A DNA stretch of 64,000 bases from an uncultured bacterium (GTDB taxonomy: Bacteria; Oederibacteriota; Oederibacteriia; Oederibacteriales; Oederibacteriaceae): the NCBI GenBank assembly GCA_965112635.1, contig OZ218778.1, positions 2,336,001 through 2,400,000 of the forward strand, read 5' to 3'. The stretch's first letter is position 1, and every line of letters starts with the position of its first letter. Of this stretch, positions 18,935-31,275 are shown one piece after another. Position numbers and translations under genes: made by a program. The notes beneath the pieces were generated by a model, which was not told the DNA's origin, did not search any database, and was given only the letters and a program-made list of their open reading frames with translations.

Positions 18935-20245
18935 TTACTTGGTCAGATCGTATGTCCCGCTCTTCTCACCGAACACGCCCCATTTATCCAAAGCTTTTTT
19001 TAGCTCTCGGTTGGATTCGGCCGCAACCCTGAGCGGAGTATGGCTTAAAGTAGCTTTGATGGCCTGGTAAAAAGCTTTCACCCCGGCCACTACCCCGTCC
19101 GGATGCGCGTGTATCCCCCCACCAGCACCAATAAGAAAATCGTTCCCAAAATACTCCATCATTTCAGTAACCATGCCAGGATAATTCCCGGCCGCTGGCC
19201 CAGGCAGAACCTTTTTCAGGTTATACATGGGATAAGTCAATTCATGTGCCACCCGTACGGCTTTTTCTTTCACTAATGGTACCTTGCCAAAGGGTCCGGG
19301 GTAAATTAGCATGTCGGCCCCGCTCAACCTCAAAAATTTTCCAAAAATAAGATTGGAGGTAAGGCCATAAAGAGGCGACTCAAACTGGCTTCCTGCGTAG
19401 GCTGGATGGGCCAAGATCGGCAGTTCTATCTGTTTATTTTCAGCCAATTCTTGTAAAGCGCCATATCCAACGGCATAGGCGTTGACCATAAGAGCATTAC
19501 CTCCCATCTTTTGGACCTTTAATGCTTTTTTGACCATAAGTGATGGGGTATCGGTCACATTGATGGTATAAAGCGTCTTCTTGCCGGTCTGCTTACAAGC
19601 CTTTTGGATGCCCTTCATGCATTCGCTTAATCTCGCTTCCACGGAACAAAATTCTGGATCGGCTAACAACTCGTCGTCCTTGATAATATCAATCCCTCCC
19701 ATAGCCATCTCATAGACCAACTTTCCCGCAGTCTTCGCAGAGATTCCCACACAAGGCTTGATCATTCCACATAAGAGGGGGCGTCCATGAACATCCAAAA
19801 GCTTCCGGATACCCGCGATGCCAAATTTTGGTCCTTGAAAATGGCTGACAAAAGATTTGGGAAGAAAAACATCTAGCAATTTAAGCCGGCTGAGCATGGA
19901 AATATTGCCGTATAGCGTCGTAATCAATTCTGGTATTTGATAATTGATATTAATGATCGGGAACGCAACAATAATAATGAATTTACGGGTCTTCACTTCA
20001 GGCGGAACCATATCTTCGTAACTAGGTACTTCATGGACCCCGATGACCCGTCCGCCGCTAACTTTCTTGACCGTATCTGTATCTTCTGGGACCGGTTGCC
20101 ACGTTCCGGTTGTTTGCTCAACGGCCAAAGCAGCCGACCGCATTAAGAGATCCGATGTTTCAGCTTCAGAATAATAAATGGCCAGGATATATTTTTCTTT
20201 GTCCAAACCTTCAAAAATATCAAAGGTAAAAGGATCATATCTCAT
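18935..20245 (-). CDS. RuBisCO-like protein (Form IV)
   Basis: EQTTGTW, GPKFGIAGIR, IKDDE carbamate motif, GGGIHAHPDG; substitutions relative to Forms I-III (KPC for KPK, HPA for HRA, no HxGT). Confidence 0.93.
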   Translation of the reverse strand: MRYDPFTFDIFEGLDKEKYILAIYYSEAETSDLLMRSAALAVEQTTGTWQPVPEDTDTVKKVSGGRVIGVHEVPSYEDMVPPEVKTRKFIIIVAFPIININYQIPELITTLYGNISMLSRLKLLDVFLPKSFVSHFQGPKFGIAGIRKLLDVHGRPLLCGMIKPCVGISAKTAGKLVYEMAMGGIDIIKDDELLADPEFCSVEARLSECMKGIQKACKQTGKKTLYTINVTDTPSLMVKKALKVQKMGGNALMVNAYAVGYGALQELAENKQIELPILAHPAYAGSQFESPLYGLTSNLIFGKFLRLSGADMLIYPGPFGKVPLVKEKAVRVAHELTYPMYNLKKVLPGPAAGNYPGMVTEMMEYFGNDFLIGAGGGIHAHPDGVVAGVKAFYQAIKATLSHTPLRVAAESNRELKKALDKWGVFGEKSGTYDLTK

Positions 20246-20436
20246 GGATTTGTCCTCCTTACAAAAAATATAAGCATCTATTTTCCCAATTATTCACATT
20301 TAATAGATATATGCAACCCTTGATTAAAAAATAACAGATGTTTTCAGTCGGATGTTTTCCATTCAAATTTTCGCTTCTCATGGTAAACTTGCTTTGAATA
20401 AACCCTAAAAACCTACGGGTTGCAATAGGAGTTATC

Positions 20437-20895
20437 ATGGAAAAGAACACAGGGTGGCTTGAGAAAAGAAAGCACGAGCGGGTGGATGTCGTAATAAAGA
20501 TAAAATTTACCCCGCTTAATGAGAAAGAAATATCCAGCCTTAATATTAAAGAAAATTATCAGTCAGTGGACAGCACAGTGTTGTCCGAATTTTCTAAACA
20601 AGAAAAGACCCTCGAAGCCATAACCCAGGATATTGGATCGGGGGGCATCATGATAGTCAGCAATACGCCACTATTTTTTGGTCAAAAGCTTCTAATAGAA
20701 ATGGTTTTGCCCAATGCAAGAAGGACATTGAGGGCACTGGTGAGAGTGGTCCGCGTTCAGGAAGACAGAGGCAAAGCTGCACCGGCTTATCGAGCAGCCA
20801 TCCAGATCATCTCGATCAATCAGGCAGACCTCGAGGATCTAGAGCGTTTTGTACAGAATCAGATCATGAAAGACATCTTAAAAAAGATGACGTAG
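20437..20895 (+). CDS. PilZ-domain protein (candidate c-di-GMP receptor)
   Basis: EKRKHER (RxxxR) and DIGSGG motif. Confidence 0.8.
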   Translation: MEKNTGWLEKRKHERVDVVIKIKFTPLNEKEISSLNIKENYQSVDSTVLSEFSKQEKTLEAITQDIGSGGIMIVSNTPLFFGQKLLIEMVLPNARRTLRALVRVVRVQEDRGKAAPAYRAAIQIISINQADLEDLERFVQNQIMKDILKKMT

Positions 20896-20912
20896 GTTCC
20901 ATTAGAGAACCT

Positions 20913-23642
<2,730 letters not shown>

Positions 23643-23663
23643 CTTCCCTCCTTATTGCATTAT

Positions 23664-23711
23664 ACCATATACCTTGTGTGAGGATTGAGTATATACCACT
23701 ACCTGTTGTGC
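23664..23711. promoter_or_regulatory. tandem NrdR-box-like operators
   Basis: ACCATATACCTTGTGT (23664-23679) and CCACTACCTGTTGTGC (23696-23711), 32 bp apart, resembling acaCwAtATaTwGtg; minus-strand TTGACA at 23713-23718. Confidence 0.7.
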
Positions 23712-23838
23712 TTGTCAATGAAACCTCAAAATATTCCAGTAAGTTTATACTACTTTTAAAAGATTGATTTAAAAATTGCCTAAGGAGGGTTAAAAGGGAT
23801 AATATGAAGTGCGTTCTCTCTAAACTTTTACTGGTTAC

Positions 23839-25149
23839 TTACCCTTCTTCTGCGCTTATTAATCCTTCCTCGGTCCAAACAAATTCTTCATCCTCAATCA
23901 TGACCACGTCGCCAACTTTAACATGGAGCTCTTTTAGGTTGTCGATTAATCCGATTTTCTGCATGATCGTCTGGAATCTAGTTGCCGCCTCAAAATTTCC
24001 AAAATCGGTCATCTTTGACCATTTCACGGGCTCCTTGCCAGTAACAATAATATCCCTGCCCTCCTGTTTGATGCTGAACCTAGCTTCCGCTTTATAAACT
24101 TTTGAGGCAATCTCCATATCCGGAACAGGAGCCAGGCTTTTGACCAAAAAGGCCAGCCTGTTAAGTAGTTCTGGGATGCCTTGGCCTGTAAAAGCGGATA
24201 TGGGGAAACATTCTATCTTTTTCCTTTTGAGTGACCTGGCCAGCTTTGAATATTCCGCGGTGGATTTAAAAAGGTCCATCTTGTTGGCTACAACGACCTG
24301 GGGTCTTTTGGCTAAGTTAGCGCTGTATTCTGCTAACTCCTTGTTGATAATTTTAAAATCTTCCAAAGGTCCTCTTTTCTTTTTTTTCATCTCATCATCT
24401 AGCAAAGAGGACATATCAATAAGGTGCACTAACAACTTCGTTCTTTCCACATGTCTCAAAAACTGGATTCCCAATCCCGTGCCACGATGCGCGCCTTCGA
24501 TCAGACCAGGTATATCTGCTACAGTATAGCTATCCCCCAAATCGTTTTTAACTACCCCCAAATTGGGCGTCAAAGTCGTAAATTCATAATCCGCTATTTT
24601 GGGATGTGCGTGAGAGATACGTGAAAGCAATGTAGATTTACCCGCATTAGGAAAACCTATAAGCCCAACGTCCGCAAGTAACTTTAATTCTAACAAAAGT
24701 ATCTTATCCTCTCCTGGCTCCCCCTTTTCAAATAAGGTAGGCGCTTGATGCGTGGAAGATTTAAAGCTGGCATTTCCCCTGCCGCCACGCCCTCCATTAG
24801 CAGCTAAATATTTTGATCCGGGATTTTTTAGATCAGCCAATATCTCGCCATTTTCTGAATCTTTTACAATGGTGCCCACAGGCACTTTCAAAATAAGAGC
24901 GGGTGCCCCCCTGCCCGTGCAGTCATCACCTTCGCCGTTTTCGCCGTCCAGAGCTTTGTAGTGGGGATGATAGCGGAAATCCTGCAAAGTGGTCAACCTG
25001 GGATCTGCCTCTAGAAAAACATCTCCGCCGTTCCCGCCATTGCCTCCGCTAGGACCGCCCAAAGGTCTGCGAGTTTCCCTTTGGAATGCCATACAACCAT
25101 TACCGCCGTCACCTGCTTTAAGGACGATTTTGGCTTCATCAATAAACAT
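23839..25149 (-). CDS. obgE: GTPase ObgE/CgtA
   Basis: MFIDEA, Gly-rich Obg fold, LADVGLIGFPNAGKST, YEFTT, DIPGLIEGA, NKMD. Confidence 0.97.
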   Translation of the reverse strand: MFIDEAKIVLKAGDGGNGCMAFQRETRRPLGGPSGGNGGNGGDVFLEADPRLTTLQDFRYHPHYKALDGENGEGDDCTGRGAPALILKVPVGTIVKDSENGEILADLKNPGSKYLAANGGRGGRGNASFKSSTHQAPTLFEKGEPGEDKILLLELKLLADVGLIGFPNAGKSTLLSRISHAHPKIADYEFTTLTPNLGVVKNDLGDSYTVADIPGLIEGAHRGTGLGIQFLRHVERTKLLVHLIDMSSLLDDEMKKKKRGPLEDFKIINKELAEYSANLAKRPQVVVANKMDLFKSTAEYSKLARSLKRKKIECFPISAFTGQGIPELLNRLAFLVKSLAPVPDMEIASKVYKAEARFSIKQEGRDIIVTGKEPVKWSKMTDFGNFEAATRFQTIMQKIGLIDNLKELHVKVGDVVMIEDEEFVWTEEGLISAEEG

Positions 25150-25274
25150 CTATTCTATTGCCTCCAAAGTGATTTGAATGGAAACCAAGATATCTCAAAA
25201 CCATTATAAGTCTGGTGAAATTAAAAAAACTAAGGTGTTTTTGGGCAAAAAGGTTGAATTATTGGAAAGATGGA

Positions 25275-25544
25275 CTACTTTTTTGAAGGAACAGCGTCGA
25301 TAATGCTTACTTTTTTCTGGCCTTCACGGACCGTGGAAAACTGCACAAAACCTTTCTTTAGTGCAAACAAAGTATCGTCCTTGCCAATGCCCACCCCAAA
25401 CCCAGGCTTGATTTTAGTACCTCTTTGACGGACCAGGATTTGTCCGGTCAAAACAGATTCGCCCCCGAACTTCTTTATACCTAGTCTTTGCCCTGGACTG
25501 TTCCTTCCGTTTGTTGTACTACCGCCGCTTTTACTTGTTGCCAT
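25275..25544 (-). CDS. rpmA: 50S ribosomal protein L27
   Basis: [35 protein letters not shown]. Confidence 0.97.
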   Translation of the reverse strand: MATSKSGGSTTNGRNSPGQRLGIKKFGGESVLTGQILVRQRGTKIKPGFGVGIGKDDTLFALKKGFVQFSTVREGQKKVSIIDAVPSKK

Positions 25545-25556
25545 GGACTGACTCCT

Positions 25557-25868
25557 TTACAACAATATCTCGTCTATTTTTAGGCGCGTGTAATTTTGAC
25601 GGTGCCCCCTGATCCGCGCGTAGCTTTTTGTGCTTTTATACTTGAATACGATGATTTTTTTGCCTCTGCCTTGGCCCAGGATGGTTCCGACCACCTTGGC
25701 GTTAGGAACATAAGGATTTCCGACCGTCACCTTTTGCTCGTCAGCAACAAGTAAAACATGGCTTAATTCAGCCTTTTGGTTAATTGCTCCCGGCAAAGTC
25801 TCCATATCCAGGACATCCCCGGGTTTGACTTTAAATTGTTTGCTTCCGCTTTCTACGATTGCGTACAC
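25557..25868 (-). CDS. rplU: 50S ribosomal protein L21
   Basis: MYAIVESGSKQFKV, KIIVFKYK, GHRQNYT. Confidence 0.97.
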   Translation of the reverse strand: MYAIVESGSKQFKVKPGDVLDMETLPGAINQKAELSHVLLVADEQKVTVGNPYVPNAKVVGTILGQGRGKKIIVFKYKSTKSYARIRGHRQNYTRLKIDEILL

Positions 25869-25898
25869 TTAGAACTCCTATACCGAAAAAGTTACAAC

Positions 25899-25928
25899 AT
25901 ATTAATTGGTCAATTATAGTAATGTCAA
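25899..25928 (-). promoter_or_regulatory. sigma70-type promoter for rplU-rpmA
   Basis: TTGACA-N18-TAATAT. Confidence 0.5.
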
Positions 25929-25939
25929 GTAAAATTTGG

Positions 25940-28900
25940 TCATTCCCAGCCATCTTGGGGCACATACCCTTGAAAATAACTCACCACAGTAAAATCGACC
26001 CGCCACTCATTGTAGTAGTAATTCAAATCCTTATAATAGCTGAGCTTCCTTCCTTCCCTTAGAGTGTATTCCACCCCGATCTTATGACCAATGACCTCAT
26101 TGATGGAAGAGCCCAGAACATTGAGAGGAGTGGGGGTACCAGACCCCCCCACCGTCGTGACCACGGAAGGATCCTGGTCCAACAGAACGAGCTTGTAGTT
26201 CACATACAGGTTGGATGTGAAATTCTTGCCCAGCTCGAACTCCACGTTCTTGAGAAGACTGGCAACATTAGTCTGGTTCGCCTGGGGAATCGCGGTCTGG
26301 GTGACTGCCTGGGGAGATACTGTAGCGGTAGTATTCGTATCCTCTTGGGCCTTTTCACTAGTCTGCCGAACCGCCACCACGTCGGCCAGCCACGATAGGT
26401 AGCCCGAAACACTTCTAAAAAACCAGCCGAAAAAATACCTGAAAGAGGTATCGGTCAGGGCGTCGATGCTTTGTTGCTGAAAGTTCTGACCCTGCATTCC
26501 CGAAAAGCTCTTGCCCAGGGTCAGGTAGGTGGCGATATCGCCATTAGAGATTGCTGGGCTGGACGAAAACTCCACCACAAAAGGCAACTCTTCAGCGCCC
26601 ATGCTGCCTTTTTCCCTCATCTCATCGGGATTGGGCGGCCTCAGGGCAATATAAAAAGTGACGCTGTCCAGGTCTTTGGGGCTTGGAGTGTTGACGGTGG
26701 CGGGGTCTTTGATGCCTGAGTTTTTGATAGCATTGGTCTTGCCGTAGATAAAAAGATACAACTTGTTCTTTTTTTCTGTCTCGCTGTAGATCAATTCCAG
26801 ACGGCTGCGGTTCTTTTCACCCGCGCCGATCTCTGAACTCGCCTGGTACACGTTATTGTTGGCAGCCGAAGTCTGCCCTAAATTCCCTCCGGTCGTGGAA
26901 GCGGATCCTGACGCAGGGTTATTGGCATTGATCGAGGTGTCCACTGAGGAGGACTGCTTGTCCTGCACAGAGAACTGGGTGTTGATATAGGTAAACTGGC
27001 CTTTATCTTTGATGAAATAGATGAATCCGTTTGTCTTGATCACCGGGCCCCTGCCTCCGAGCAGAATAAAATTACGGGCAGGGTCCGTGTCCATATCAAC
27101 CGCGATGTTCGTGATGAGCTTGACGTCCACGCCCTTGAGCCCGAAAGCGCCCTGGGCCAGTCTGCCGATGCCGTCTTGGTTGACGTATTGCAGCCTTTTT
27201 CTGAAACCGACCTTGATGTTCCACTCCGTGTCGTCCAGGAAAGACCGGCCCCCGGCCTGGGATGCCAGAGCGCTGGCCTGGGGGCTGTAGGTAAGCGCGG
27301 TATCCACCAGGTTCAGATTTCCCCAAACCTCCTGGTGGGGCGCGCTGTCCTTTTCCTCGACCCAGCCGTCCTTCCCCAGCCTGTGCCTAGTCATGCCCTT
27401 TTGAAAAGTGATGTCAGCATCGACATATCCACGCATGATCTCCGGCAAATAATTAAAAGTAACCCCCTGGTCGTGGTCCGTGACCAATCGCACCTTGTAG
27501 GAATCGGGCAGCCACTGCGTGGCCCAAAGATAACCAGTGATGTTAAAAGTGCGGTCTACCCTGCCTTCTCCCCGCTTAAACTCAAAATAGTTCTTGTTTT
27601 GACCGTCCACAGGGTCTGTTTTTTGGCTGGTTTGCACTTCAATATTGATATCTTCGATAGGGTGCCCTCTCTCATGAATCCCTTTCTTTACCAAATAAAT
27701 ATTTTCTGGAATAATACGCCCGCCACGAATAAATAAAGTACCCGTGATGATGGGATTGGCATAAGTGCCCCGGATTCCCAAATCTATCTGGATCTGGCCG
27801 TTGGCTTCAGCAACTCCTGGCAAAGCGGCCAATAACCCAAGGTCCCCTTCTGGGCTCATGACCCTAAGGGACATTTCGCGCCCCTGAATGGCTTCTTGTC
27901 CCTTTTTACTCCAAACTAAAGGGAGAGCGCCTGAAATCGTCATCACCTTTTTACCGCTAGCCTGCACAACAACAGATTTGGAGGCGTCATCCTTGGATGA
28001 AAGCTGGAACACGCCCCCTTGATAGTCGACGGGAATATCAATGAAGTCGTAATTAAACCGATTGAGCATGCCGTTGCGGAGGGCTAGTTCCCCGCTCATG
28101 GTGGGCAGGTCTTGATTTCCATCGACCAGAAGGGACAGGGAAAGTGATCCACTAACATTATCTAGGCTGACCCATGGTCTTATGAGGGGGGCCAACTCGC
28201 TGACTTGTACCTTTGTTAGATCGCTTCTAAGTTTATCAAAAACAAGTCTTCCCTTGTCGAACCTCAAAGCACCCCCGATTTTCCACCGGCCGTCCGCTGT
28301 AGCTACGTTACATTTTGCACTGTCGGAACCACCCGACATTTCCGCGGTCAAAGCAGAGTATTGTTTGCCAAACACGGAGAACGGCCCAAGGGTATTGGCA
28401 TGACCTTCCCAGTGCAATTTTGTTGGATTGCCAGAAATCTCCACGCTTGCGTCGACTTTGCCAGCCAAATCGTATTGGTTAAAGAAAACGGCTTTTACAG
28501 TTGCCAAATCAATGCCGTCCGCATTGAATTTCAGGGCCAATTCAGGATTGTTGCCATATTTAAAGTTGATCTTCCCTGAACCGGATAGTGACCCACCAAG
28601 ACAATCTGCCTTGAAATCCTTTAAAGCGAAAAGGCCGCCGTTGAAAGACCCTGTCAGAGAGGTGCGGACAAAATCCAGGTTGTTGATTTTTGCTTGTTGA
28701 ATAATTAAACCAAAATCCACACGCGGGGCGTTCAGGGGACCGTTAACGCTTCCAACAATATCCACTTCGCCCGTACAAGTGAGATTTTTCAACGGAATAT
28801 AATCCTTAAAAATATCTAGGGGAATTTGTTTTGAGGTGATATCCATGTGAATAATTGGATTTTTGAAATCCATAATCTTTCCCGAAACAGCGCAGGAACT

Positions 28901-29899
28901 TCCGGCAATGCTAGCTATTAAGCTGTCGATTTGGACAAAATCCTTAGTTATGGACATCTCAAGATTGACATCTTTAAAATCATCTTTAAGGGGCGGCATC
29001 AATACTTGCGCTCCTGTAACTTGAATCTTACCTGCCGGGATTAATCGGTCAAGCAATGTCTCTAAAGTTCCCTGGCCCGATTCCAAGTTTAACTCAGCCG
29101 TTAAATATCCTTTTTTGAGTTCTACTGGTAGAAACGTCAAAAAATCACTGTAGGATGAAAGGTCAATGGTGTTGACCTTTACTCTGCCTGAAGTCTCGCC
29201 CGTCTTAAGGTTAAAATCCCCCCTCAAAAAAATGTCAGCCTGGGAATGGTCATTGGATACCGCGGTAAATTTAAAACGACCCTGATTAAAATCAAGGTTG
29301 CCTTGGATGTCGTCGACCTTAGCCACTATTCTCTTGGAAAGGTCGGTCAAAATTAGCTTACCACTGTCGATGATCAACTTGCCCTTAAGACCGGCAAACA
29401 TGTCGGGCTGGTTGCCAGCTTTGCTCGGTGTTTTTTGCATTGATGGGCTTTGGGGTTTTCGCTGAATAGCGGGCTTGGCCATGATTTCCTGTCTTGTTTC
29501 TGAGCCCTCGTTGGAAAAACTCCATTGCCCGCTCTTTTCTTTGTTCAAATAAAAAGTGGGCCTTACGATTGTAATGCTGTCCACAATCTCAAACAAACTC
29601 GCTTTTTCTGAGAACATCTTTAGTGGCTTATATTTCAACACGATCTTGTCCAGCTTAAATAGACTGCCCGAGGAGGGATCTTCGCTGTTGGCTATGGAAA
29701 TTCCCTGGGCGGTTAGTTCGCTCAAGGGGTTCCCGTAAAGATCTTTGATAATCACAGCCCTGCCGATCTGTTTGGACAGGGAGTTTTCTATAAAACTTTT
29801 TACAGGCGCTAAAATAGTGGAATTAAGGCCAGCTTGCCCGGGATCGCTAGCGGCAAGGATAAATAAAATAAAAATTAGGCCAATTCGTTGGAATCTCAC
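25940..29899 (-). CDS. TamB/AsmA-family large periplasmic protein
   Basis: N-terminal hydrophobic segment, long repetitive beta-strand region, GTYANPIITG, C-terminal FSSSPAISNGDIATYLTLG and ELGKNFTSNLYVNY resembling the TamB C-terminus. Confidence 0.75.
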   Translation of the reverse strand: MRFQRIGLIFILFILAASDPGQAGLNSTILAPVKSFIENSLSKQIGRAVIIKDLYGNPLSELTAQGISIANSEDPSSGSLFKLDKIVLKYKPLKMFSEKASLFEIVDSITIVRPTFYLNKEKSGQWSFSNEGSETRQEIMAKPAIQRKPQSPSMQKTPSKAGNQPDMFAGLKGKLIIDSGKLILTDLSKRIVAKVDDIQGNLDFNQGRFKFTAVSNDHSQADIFLRGDFNLKTGETSGRVKVNTIDLSSYSDFLTFLPVELKKGYLTAELNLESGQGTLETLLDRLIPAGKIQVTGAQVLMPPLKDDFKDVNLEMSITKDFVQIDSLIASIAGSSCAVSGKIMDFKNPIIHMDITSKQIPLDIFKDYIPLKNLTCTGEVDIVGSVNGPLNAPRVDFGLIIQQAKINNLDFVRTSLTGSFNGGLFALKDFKADCLGGSLSGSGKINFKYGNNPELALKFNADGIDLATVKAVFFNQYDLAGKVDASVEISGNPTKLHWEGHANTLGPFSVFGKQYSALTAEMSGGSDSAKCNVATADGRWKIGGALRFDKGRLVFDKLRSDLTKVQVSELAPLIRPWVSLDNVSGSLSLSLLVDGNQDLPTMSGELALRNGMLNRFNYDFIDIPVDYQGGVFQLSSKDDASKSVVVQASGKKVMTISGALPLVWSKKGQEAIQGREMSLRVMSPEGDLGLLAALPGVAEANGQIQIDLGIRGTYANPIITGTLFIRGGRIIPENIYLVKKGIHERGHPIEDINIEVQTSQKTDPVDGQNKNYFEFKRGEGRVDRTFNITGYLWATQWLPDSYKVRLVTDHDQGVTFNYLPEIMRGYVDADITFQKGMTRHRLGKDGWVEEKDSAPHQEVWGNLNLVDTALTYSPQASALASQAGGRSFLDDTEWNIKVGFRKRLQYVNQDGIGRLAQGAFGLKGVDVKLITNIAVDMDTDPARNFILLGGRGPVIKTNGFIYFIKDKGQFTYINTQFSVQDKQSSSVDTSINANNPASGSASTTGGNLGQTSAANNNVYQASSEIGAGEKNRSRLELIYSETEKKNKLYLFIYGKTNAIKNSGIKDPATVNTPSPKDLDSVTFYIALRPPNPDEMREKGSMGAEELPFVVEFSSSPAISNGDIATYLTLGKSFSGMQGQNFQQQSIDALTDTSFRYFFGWFFRSVSGYLSWLADVVAVRQTSEKAQEDTNTTATVSPQAVTQTAIPQANQTNVASLLKNVEFELGKNFTSNLYVNYKLVLLDQDPSVVTTVGGSGTPTPLNVLGSSINEVIGHKIGVEYTLREGRKLSYYKDLNYYYNEWRVDFTVVSYFQGYVPQDGWE

Positions 29900-29909
29900 G
29901 TCTCATCCC

Positions 29910-31265
29910 TCAAAGAACCTGTAATTCGGAGATGAATTTTCCTCTTAAACTCCACGCAAAAACTTGTGAAACCTGCACAAGGGCTGTCTTTGAAATCAGG
30001 TGGACAGGCCCCTCAAAAATGAGTTCTTTGAAGGTCCGGGTGCGCCCAACAAGAGGGCTCCGTAAGGGATCTGGGGTCCCGCGGTGATTTGCCACGACCC
30101 TCTCGACCAGCACCTCTTCCTTTGTCCCTAATAACTTTTTATTCTTGGCGACAAGAATTTTTTCTAAAGTCTCGTTCACAACCCTTAATCTGCGTTTTTT
30201 TGTTTCATTGTTCACGTCGTCCGGAAGTGTCGCAGCCGACGCTTGGGGTCTGGCCGAATATTTGAATGTATAAGCATTATCAAATCGCACTTTCTCTATG
30301 AGCATGACTGTATCGGAAAAATCTTTCTCGGTTTCACCAGGGAAACCAACAATGATATCTGTCGTTACCGAGGCGCGGGGTATAATCGTTCTCAGAGAGG
30401 CTATTTTGTCCAGATAGGCTTCCCTAGTATATCCCCGGTTCATAGCCTTTAATATTTTATTGCTTCCTGATTGCACAGGCAGATGAAAATGTTCACAGAC
30501 TTTATCAAGGGTTTTGACTTTTTCAAAAAATTCCTTGGACGCAAATACTGGATTAGGACTGCTGAATCTTATTCTTAGCAGACCCTTAATGCCTTGCAAT
30601 GCTTCCAAAAGGTCAATAAAACGTACAGGGGGGCTCAAATCCAACCCATAGGCATTAACGGTCTGTCCCAATAAGGTGATTTCTTTATATCCACGCAGCG
30701 CCAGGTCAGTGACTTCCTGAATGATATTGGACAAAGAGCGGCTTCTTTGTGCCCCGCGGGTAAAAGGCACTACGCAATAGGAACAGGACAGGTTGCAACC
30801 CTCCATAATGGTCACAAGGGCCTTAAAATTATGGGCCCTAAATTGGGAGTTATAAATAACCCTACTAACACCCGGCTCGATTTCCACGAGATGCTTCTTG
30901 CCGGTTCTGATGCGTCCCAACACCTCAGGAAAACGCCCAAAAGCCTGACTACCCACTAAAAAATCAATTTGGGGTGCGCCTGCAAACATCTTTTCCCTGT
31001 ATAGCTGAGGCATACAACCACAAACCCCGATTTGCCTCCCTTTCTTTTTTTTCTTCCAGTCTTTAAGTCTCCCCAAGAGGCTGGATACGCGGTGTTCGGC
31101 ATGATGACGGATACTGCAGGTATTGATGACGACTATATCCGCCTCGGGAAGATTTTCCGTGATGTCGTACCCGTCTTTCAGTAAACCGTCGACAATAATT
31201 TCAGAATCACGAAAATTCATTTGGCAACCAAAAGTGATTACTTTGGCAGCTCTCTGCTGCATCAT
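29910..31265 (-). CDS. miaB: tRNA-2-methylthio-N6-dimethylallyladenosine synthase
   Basis: TFGCQMN..DSE, NTCSIR, CGCM, GCNLSCSYCVVP, LLGQTVNAY, HLPVQSG, TRAM domain. Confidence 0.93.
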   Translation of the reverse strand: MMQQRAAKVITFGCQMNFRDSEIIVDGLLKDGYDITENLPEADIVVINTCSIRHHAEHRVSSLLGRLKDWKKKKKGRQIGVCGCMPQLYREKMFAGAPQIDFLVGSQAFGRFPEVLGRIRTGKKHLVEIEPGVSRVIYNSQFRAHNFKALVTIMEGCNLSCSYCVVPFTRGAQRSRSLSNIIQEVTDLALRGYKEITLLGQTVNAYGLDLSPPVRFIDLLEALQGIKGLLRIRFSSPNPVFASKEFFEKVKTLDKVCEHFHLPVQSGSNKILKAMNRGYTREAYLDKIASLRTIIPRASVTTDIIVGFPGETEKDFSDTVMLIEKVRFDNAYTFKYSARPQASAATLPDDVNNETKKRRLRVVNETLEKILVAKNKKLLGTKEEVLVERVVANHRGTPDPLRSPLVGRTRTFKELIFEGPVHLISKTALVQVSQVFAWSLRGKFISELQVL

Positions 31266-31275
31266 GGTCACGATA

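Noticed and set aside
18935-20245. CO2-fixing RuBisCO / Calvin cycle
   Set aside because: Several residues needed for carboxylation are substituted (K177, R295, H327 region), and no prk or cbbS is nearby
20259-20450. 63-aa minus-strand ORF upstream of the RLP
   Set aside because: Lies in the AT-rich divergent promoter region, overlaps the PilZ start, and has no motifs
30055-30100. Short extra segment (NHRGTPDPLRSP) with a small palindrome in the MiaB TRAM domain, as a possible intragenic repeat
   Set aside because: Single copy, weak pairing, and in a loop that is variable anyway
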